64,000 nt of DNA. Origin: an uncultured Actinomycetota bacterium. GTDB lineage: Bacteria; Actinomycetota; Actinomycetes; Propionibacteriales; Nocardioidaceae. Numbering within the stretch: position 1 is the stretch's first letter; every line of letters begins with the position of its first letter. A program made the position numbers and the translations under genes. Positions 59,593 to 64,000 of the stretch are shown here, piece by piece. The notes below the pieces were generated by a model, which saw nothing but the letters and a program-made list of their open reading frames with translations, was not told where the DNA came from and made no database searches. The DNA is taken from positions 120,471-184,470 of the forward strand of contig CAWERI010000008.1 of NCBI GenBank assembly GCA_963811515.1, read 5' to 3'.

Positions 59593-62500
59593 TCACGGGG
59601 CCGTGTGCTTCCGGGCCCACGCGGCCGCCTCTCCGCGGTTGGCTGCGCCCATCTTGGCGAGCAGGTTCGTCACATGCACGCTCACGGTCTTCTCGCTGAT
59701 GAAGAGTCTTTGCGCGATCGCCCGGTTGGTGGCGCCGGTGGCGAGCACCTCGAGCACCTCCAGCTCTCGCGGTGTGAGTGCCGCGAGTCGCGACGGCGGC
59801 TGCTTCTCGGGGATCGGGATCCTGTTGCTCCGGGCCAGGTGTGCCGCCTGGTCCTGGAACCATCGGGCGCCGAGGGTGCGCGCGGAGTTCCAGATGTCGA
59901 GGACCAGGACCCGGGCCTCGTCCCGCTGGTGCGCCTTGAGCAACGCTCGCGCCAGCCCTACACGGGGGCCGAGCACGTGGTAGGCCCCGAACGGAGCGGC
60001 GGCGGCTTCGGCGGCTCGCCATTCGGGTACGGCCGTTTCTCCTGCGAGGTTGCGCGCGATCGCGACGGCGTGGAGGGCGGCGGCCGCGTGGACGGTGTGG
60101 CTCCACTGGTCCGACCAGTGTTCGAGTGCGCGTTGCAGGGCGTCGGAGGCTCGCTGTGGCATCCCCTCGGGAGGGGGGACGCCAGCGGTGCGGGCTGCGG
60201 CCAGCGCCGAGTACGCGGCGCGTGCAGCGACGGAGAGCTGCAGCGGTGAGCAGGAGCGTGCCAACAGGGACAGCAGCCGGTCCGCGGTGTTCGCCGCCTC
60301 CTCCACCTGCCCCACGCTGCTGAAGAGGTCGACTTCACGGGCGATCGTGAACGGGTCCCACAGGGAGTCGGACTCGTTGAGCCACCACTGCATCCGACGC
60401 TCGATCTGCACGGCGGCGTTCAGTTCGCCCCTGGCCATCAGCTGTGCGGCACGCTCGGACAGCCACTCGAACTCGAACATGCCCATCGGGCGAAGCTCCT
60501 CCAGCAGCTCGTCGGCCCGGTCGAACTGGCCGTTCCGGCGCAGCGCCACCACCATCGCGGTTCCGTTGAACGTCGCCACGACGGGGAGTCCAGCGGCGAC
60601 CGCCCGCCGTCGGCCGGTCTCGGCCATGCGCATGCCGGCCTCGACCTCGCCCGTCGCGATCAGGAAATGGGCGAGGTCGGCCTGTGCCCCGAGGGCCGGC
60701 CCGAGGAGCCCGGCGCCCTCGGCGACCTCCATGGTCCGCCGGAGCTGTGCGATGCCCTCGGCGCAGCGCCCCAGCATCATCAACGAGTCACCGAGGCCGA
60801 TGCCTGCCTCCACTTGGTCGCTGGGGCTGCCCGCCGCGGTGGCGACGTCGACCGCCCGGCCGAAGCAGTCCGCAGCCTTGTCCACCGCGAAGCGGTGCCA
60901 GTGCCACCAACCGGTGGACCACAACGCCTTCGCCAGTGCTTCGGACGATGACCCTTCGGCGTAGTCCACGGCCCGTCTCAGCGCCTCTTGATGGCTCAAG
61001 TCGTCGAACTCGACGGGGATCGCTCCGTAGCTGGAGTACACCCGACTGGCCACAAGCCTGTCCGCTCCGGCGTCAACCTCACTCAGCGCAGCACGCAGGG
61101 AGCGCAGCGCAAGCTCCCACTCGCCATGCCCCCAGGCGATCTCCCCGAGCGTCCGCAGGAGCTCGGCCTTGTCGATCCCGCCCAGCTCGGCCGGCTGTGG
61201 CACGCGGTTCCAGAGGTCGACGGCCAGCTCCAGGTGAGCGATAGCCTCCGGAGCGCCGTACACCTGCGCGGCCAGCCCGGCCCGGACCGAGGCCGCGAAC
61301 GCCTTCGGGAGGTCCTGCGCGGCATGCCAGTGAAACGCGAGCCGACCGAGGGCCGCGGTGTCCGTCGCGCGCTCCACGTCGACGCTTGCCTGGATCGCGG
61401 TCGCCACCTCCGCGTGCGCCCGGGTTCGTTCGCCGGGGAGGAGATCGGCGTACACAGCCTCGCGCAGGAGGCCGTGGCGAAAGTCGAGATGGCCGTTGCT
61501 GCTGGTCAAGACGTTGGCGTCCAGGCCCTCTCGCAGGCAGGTCTCGAACTCGGCGACGTCGAGGTGCGCTGCGTCGCGGAGCACGTCCGGGTCGATCCGG
61601 CTGCCGTCGACTGAGGCCACTCGCAACAGCCCCCGGGTCGGGGGACTCAGCGCGTCGATGCGGGCCAGCAGCAAGTCGTTGAGATGTTCGGGTACGCCGT
61701 CCCCACCAGCGGCGAGCAGCTCCTCGACGAAGAGCGGGTTTCCCTCGGACCGGGTGAGGACGGAGCCCGCGAGTTCCGGGTCCTCGCCGCCCGTCCTGGT
61801 CCGGACGAGGGCGGTCACGGCGTCACGGTCGAGTGGCCCGAGATCGATTCTCACGCTCCCGGAAGTGCGCCCGATCTCGCGCAGAGCCCGCCGGAACGGA
61901 TGTCGGCGATGCAGATCGTCGGTGCGGAACGTCAGTGCCAACAACAGAGGTCCGCGTGCCGCCGCTGCGACCGCCACCGCGAACTCCTGCGTGGACCGGC
62001 CCGCCCAGTGCATGTCTTCCAGCGTGAGCAGGACCGGGCCCTGCCCGGCCAGCTCGGTGAGCACCAGACGGAGGTCCTCCAGCAGGCTCGGCCCTGCCTC
62101 GACACCAGGACCCGTCTGGGCACGCAACAGCGGCGCGAGCCGGCGAGTGACCGGCGGGAGCGCCTCGTCATCACGCTCCGAGAGGTAGGTCTGCAGCGCA
62201 TCACGGACCGCTCCGAACGGCCGGCGTGTGCCGATGTCGAGGCAGTGCCCGGTCAGGACGGTGAAGCCCAGTGCCTGGCCCCGTCCCGCCAGCTCGGTCA
62301 CCAGGCTCGTCTTGCCGATGCCGGCGTCACCGCCGACCAGCAGCACCTGCGACGTGCCTGCAGCCGACCTGGCCAAAGCCAGGTCGATCTCGGCAAGTTC
62401 GCGGTCCCGACCGAACAGGACGCTCCGGGCCTGCTGCATGGTGCCGCCTAGCTCTGCATGTCCGGGTGCATCCAGACCCGTCCAATCTACGCCGCTCCAG

Positions 62501-62727
62501 CTTCCTGCTTGTCGGACAAAGCCGCTGACCCGTCGCAGTCGATCAGGCGTCGCGTGTGCGTACTGATGCGATCCAGGCGTTCTCTCCCCACATCTGCGCT
62601 CATGACGACCCAGGTGTACCGGTACGGCACCCAGCCCTACGACGTCCACTGAGCACAGCTCACCCTCGAGCAGGTCTCGGCCTGGCAACGCCGCGGTGGC
62701 GTCGCTGCGCGCGCCCCGACTCGTCAC
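59593..62727 (-). CDS. LAL-type large ATP-binding LuxR-family transcriptional regulator (MalT-like)
   Basis: Uninterrupted 1044 codons. P-loop VGGDAGIGKTSL. Long helical TPR-like middle region. C-terminal LuxR HTH LTPRELEVLEVLATGATNRAIAQRLFISEKTVSVHVTNLLAKMG. The most plausible start is MQQARSVLFGRDRELAEI at 62442, and the upstream 95 codons may be a spurious extension. Confidence 0.8.
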   Translation of the reverse strand: MTSRGARSDATAALPGRDLLEGELCSVDVVGLGAVPVHLGRHERRCGERTPGSHQYAHATPDRLRRVSGFVRQAGSWSGVDWTGLDAPGHAELGGTMQQARSVLFGRDRELAEIDLALARSAAGTSQVLLVGGDAGIGKTSLVTELAGRGQALGFTVLTGHCLDIGTRRPFGAVRDALQTYLSERDDEALPPVTRRLAPLLRAQTGPGVEAGPSLLEDLRLVLTELAGQGPVLLTLEDMHWAGRSTQEFAVAVAAAARGPLLLALTFRTDDLHRRHPFRRALREIGRTSGSVRIDLGPLDRDAVTALVRTRTGGEDPELAGSVLTRSEGNPLFVEELLAAGGDGVPEHLNDLLLARIDALSPPTRGLLRVASVDGSRIDPDVLRDAAHLDVAEFETCLREGLDANVLTSSNGHLDFRHGLLREAVYADLLPGERTRAHAEVATAIQASVDVERATDTAALGRLAFHWHAAQDLPKAFAASVRAGLAAQVYGAPEAIAHLELAVDLWNRVPQPAELGGIDKAELLRTLGEIAWGHGEWELALRSLRAALSEVDAGADRLVASRVYSSYGAIPVEFDDLSHQEALRRAVDYAEGSSSEALAKALWSTGWWHWHRFAVDKAADCFGRAVDVATAAGSPSDQVEAGIGLGDSLMMLGRCAEGIAQLRRTMEVAEGAGLLGPALGAQADLAHFLIATGEVEAGMRMAETGRRRAVAAGLPVVATFNGTAMVVALRRNGQFDRADELLEELRPMGMFEFEWLSERAAQLMARGELNAAVQIERRMQWWLNESDSLWDPFTIAREVDLFSSVGQVEEAANTADRLLSLLARSCSPLQLSVAARAAYSALAAARTAGVPPPEGMPQRASDALQRALEHWSDQWSHTVHAAAALHAVAIARNLAGETAVPEWRAAEAAAAPFGAYHVLGPRVGLARALLKAHQRDEARVLVLDIWNSARTLGARWFQDQAAHLARSNRIPIPEKQPPSRLAALTPRELEVLEVLATGATNRAIAQRLFISEKTVSVHVTNLLAKMGAANRGEAAAWARKHTAP

Positions 62728-63185
62728 ACCGGTGACGGCGCGGACATGAGGAAGACCGGGGCCCGCGTGTACTGGGACGGGGGAATGGGCGGCTGGTACA
62801 GCCGTCGAACCGACGCGTCGATGTCGTCGGCCTCCACGTCGACCGGCTCCATGTACAAACGCGCCTCGGCGATCAAGCCGTCACGGACGACGACGATCGT
62901 CACCCCGCGCATCGCGAAGCGTGAGCCGTCCGCGTGCCGCCCGTGCCAATCCCACTCGCCCCACTCGGTCTCCCCGTCCGAGGAGGCTGCCACCAGTTCG
63001 GCGGTGAAGTCCGGGACGCCCGCGAAGACCGACGTCCAGTTCGCCAGCACCTGTGCCCGTCCGCGGAAACCGCGGCCCGGGTGAAGCGGTTGGTGGCTCT
63101 GGTACTCCTCCGCGAACAGCAACGCCATCTGTCGGGCGTCGTGGGAGTTCGAGGCATCACTCAGGCGTTCCAGCATGCTGGTCAT
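62724..63185 (-). CDS. SnoaL-like / NTF2-fold protein (ketosteroid-isomerase-like)
   Basis: Intact 153 aa with the typical NTF2-like length and pattern MALLFAEEYQSHQPLHPGRGFRGRAQVLANW. Confidence 0.55.
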   Translation of the reverse strand: MTSMLERLSDASNSHDARQMALLFAEEYQSHQPLHPGRGFRGRAQVLANWTSVFAGVPDFTAELVAASSDGETEWGEWDWHGRHADGSRFAMRGVTIVVVRDGLIAEARLYMEPVDVEADDIDASVRRLYQPPIPPSQYTRAPVFLMSAPSPV

Positions 63186-63414
63186 GCCACCCGAAAGTAG
63201 TCCTCCGTGAGGCGCGGCATGAACCTAGACGGGTGCGTTTCTTCAACGTGCGCAGGCGCGTGCGCGTGCGCACGCGCTCCTGGACTAGTCCCTCGATGCG
63301 GAGGTTGGGCCGATCCGGCAGCGCGCGTGTCGCCGGGCGCCCGTGCTGCGCGGCCCGGCCGCGCTCCTAGTCCTGCGTCCGGGCCGGGGACTGTTGGGGG
63401 CCTGCCTTGGCCGA

Positions 63415-63696
63415 CTACCTCTTCAGCGGGTTCTTTGACGTGTTCCGGCCGGTGATGGTGGACGCGGCGACAACCAGGACGGCCGCGACCAGGATGGCCA
63501 CGATCCACTGGGTCCAGTTGACGCCGGGACTTCCGTTGCCGCCGAACGCGGTGTAGATGAACCAGCCGATGATGACGCCGCCGATGCCGCACAGGACGGT
63601 CAGCCAAATCGGGATGTTGTCCTTGTCGCCCGGTGCGACGAACTTGCCGAGCAGTCCGATGATGATGCCCGCGATGATGACGCCGATGATCTCCAT
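63415..63696 (-). CDS. GlsB/YeaQ/YmgE-family transglycosylase-associated stress membrane protein
   Basis: Intact 93 aa with three TM segments, MEIIGVIIAGIIIGLLGKFVAPG ... GWFIYTAFGG. Confidence 0.75.
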   Translation of the reverse strand: MEIIGVIIAGIIIGLLGKFVAPGDKDNIPIWLTVLCGIGGVIIGWFIYTAFGGNGSPGVNWTQWIVAILVAAVLVVAASTITGRNTSKNPLKR

Positions 63697-64000
63697 GACG
63701 TGCCCCTCCTTGGGGGACCGGGCCGCCCCGTAGCGAACCCTGTCTCAGGATGTACCCGCCCCGGTGGACTCTCAAGCATTACGTAAGGTCGCGCGGCCGA
63801 GCCCGTGGCTCGGCTTCCGGCGGGGGCTGTACGGTCGCCGGCTACCCGGGGAGCTGGGTCTCGGGGGCGCCACTGCTGTCGCTGTCGGCAGTAGCGCTGG
63901 AGCAGAAGGCCCCGTATGGACTCAGCGGTCCCGGACGCCTAGCAGAACCGCGTTAGGAGGCGTCGGGTCGACGAGTGAAGTCGCATTCGTCGTAATGCGC

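Overview
This 64 kb window is a high-GC (about 70-73%) actinobacterial chromosome segment with densely packed genes on both strands. I found no rRNA, tRNA or CRISPR array. Most genes are ordinary housekeeping or metabolic genes. They include an ECF/biotin transporter remnant, an ABC-F ATPase, MoaA, a GGDEF-EAL signalling protein, fabG-inhA, serB, a furA-katA pair, ABC exporters, CobT, siroheme synthase, Def, a sulfatase, and a tandem acyl-CoA dehydrogenase pair. The region at 17-28 kb stands out for three reasons. It holds a complete cyanophycin locus, cphB-cphA. It holds a second CphA-like gene with the N-terminal domain and Mur-ligase M domain but no ATP-grasp domain, directly downstream of fabG-inhA. 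It holds a candidate exopolysaccharide module made of a receiver - degenerate GGDEF - processive GT2 synthase translationally coupled to an acyltransferase-3, with a divergent GH30 lipoprotein. The 3' third of the window (about 49.4-64 kb) looks like an island. It carries a DUF222/HNH REP13E12-like gene, a 0.7 kb AT-rich non-coding stretch, a roughly 1400-aa SARP-NB-ARC-TM-WD40 regulator, a small secreted Cys peptide, a class-B flavoprotein monooxygenase-like protein, a GNAT remnant and a 1044-codon LAL/LuxR regulator. The sequence contains very many reading-frame disruptions, roughly 80, so that recognisable proteins are split over two to five frames. Some long genes nevertheless remain intact. 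These disruptions are most likely homopolymer indel errors in the assembly, though real pseudogenisation cannot be excluded. Coordinates of frameshifted genes are therefore approximate, and the very long ORFs in the six-frame track are read-through artefacts.
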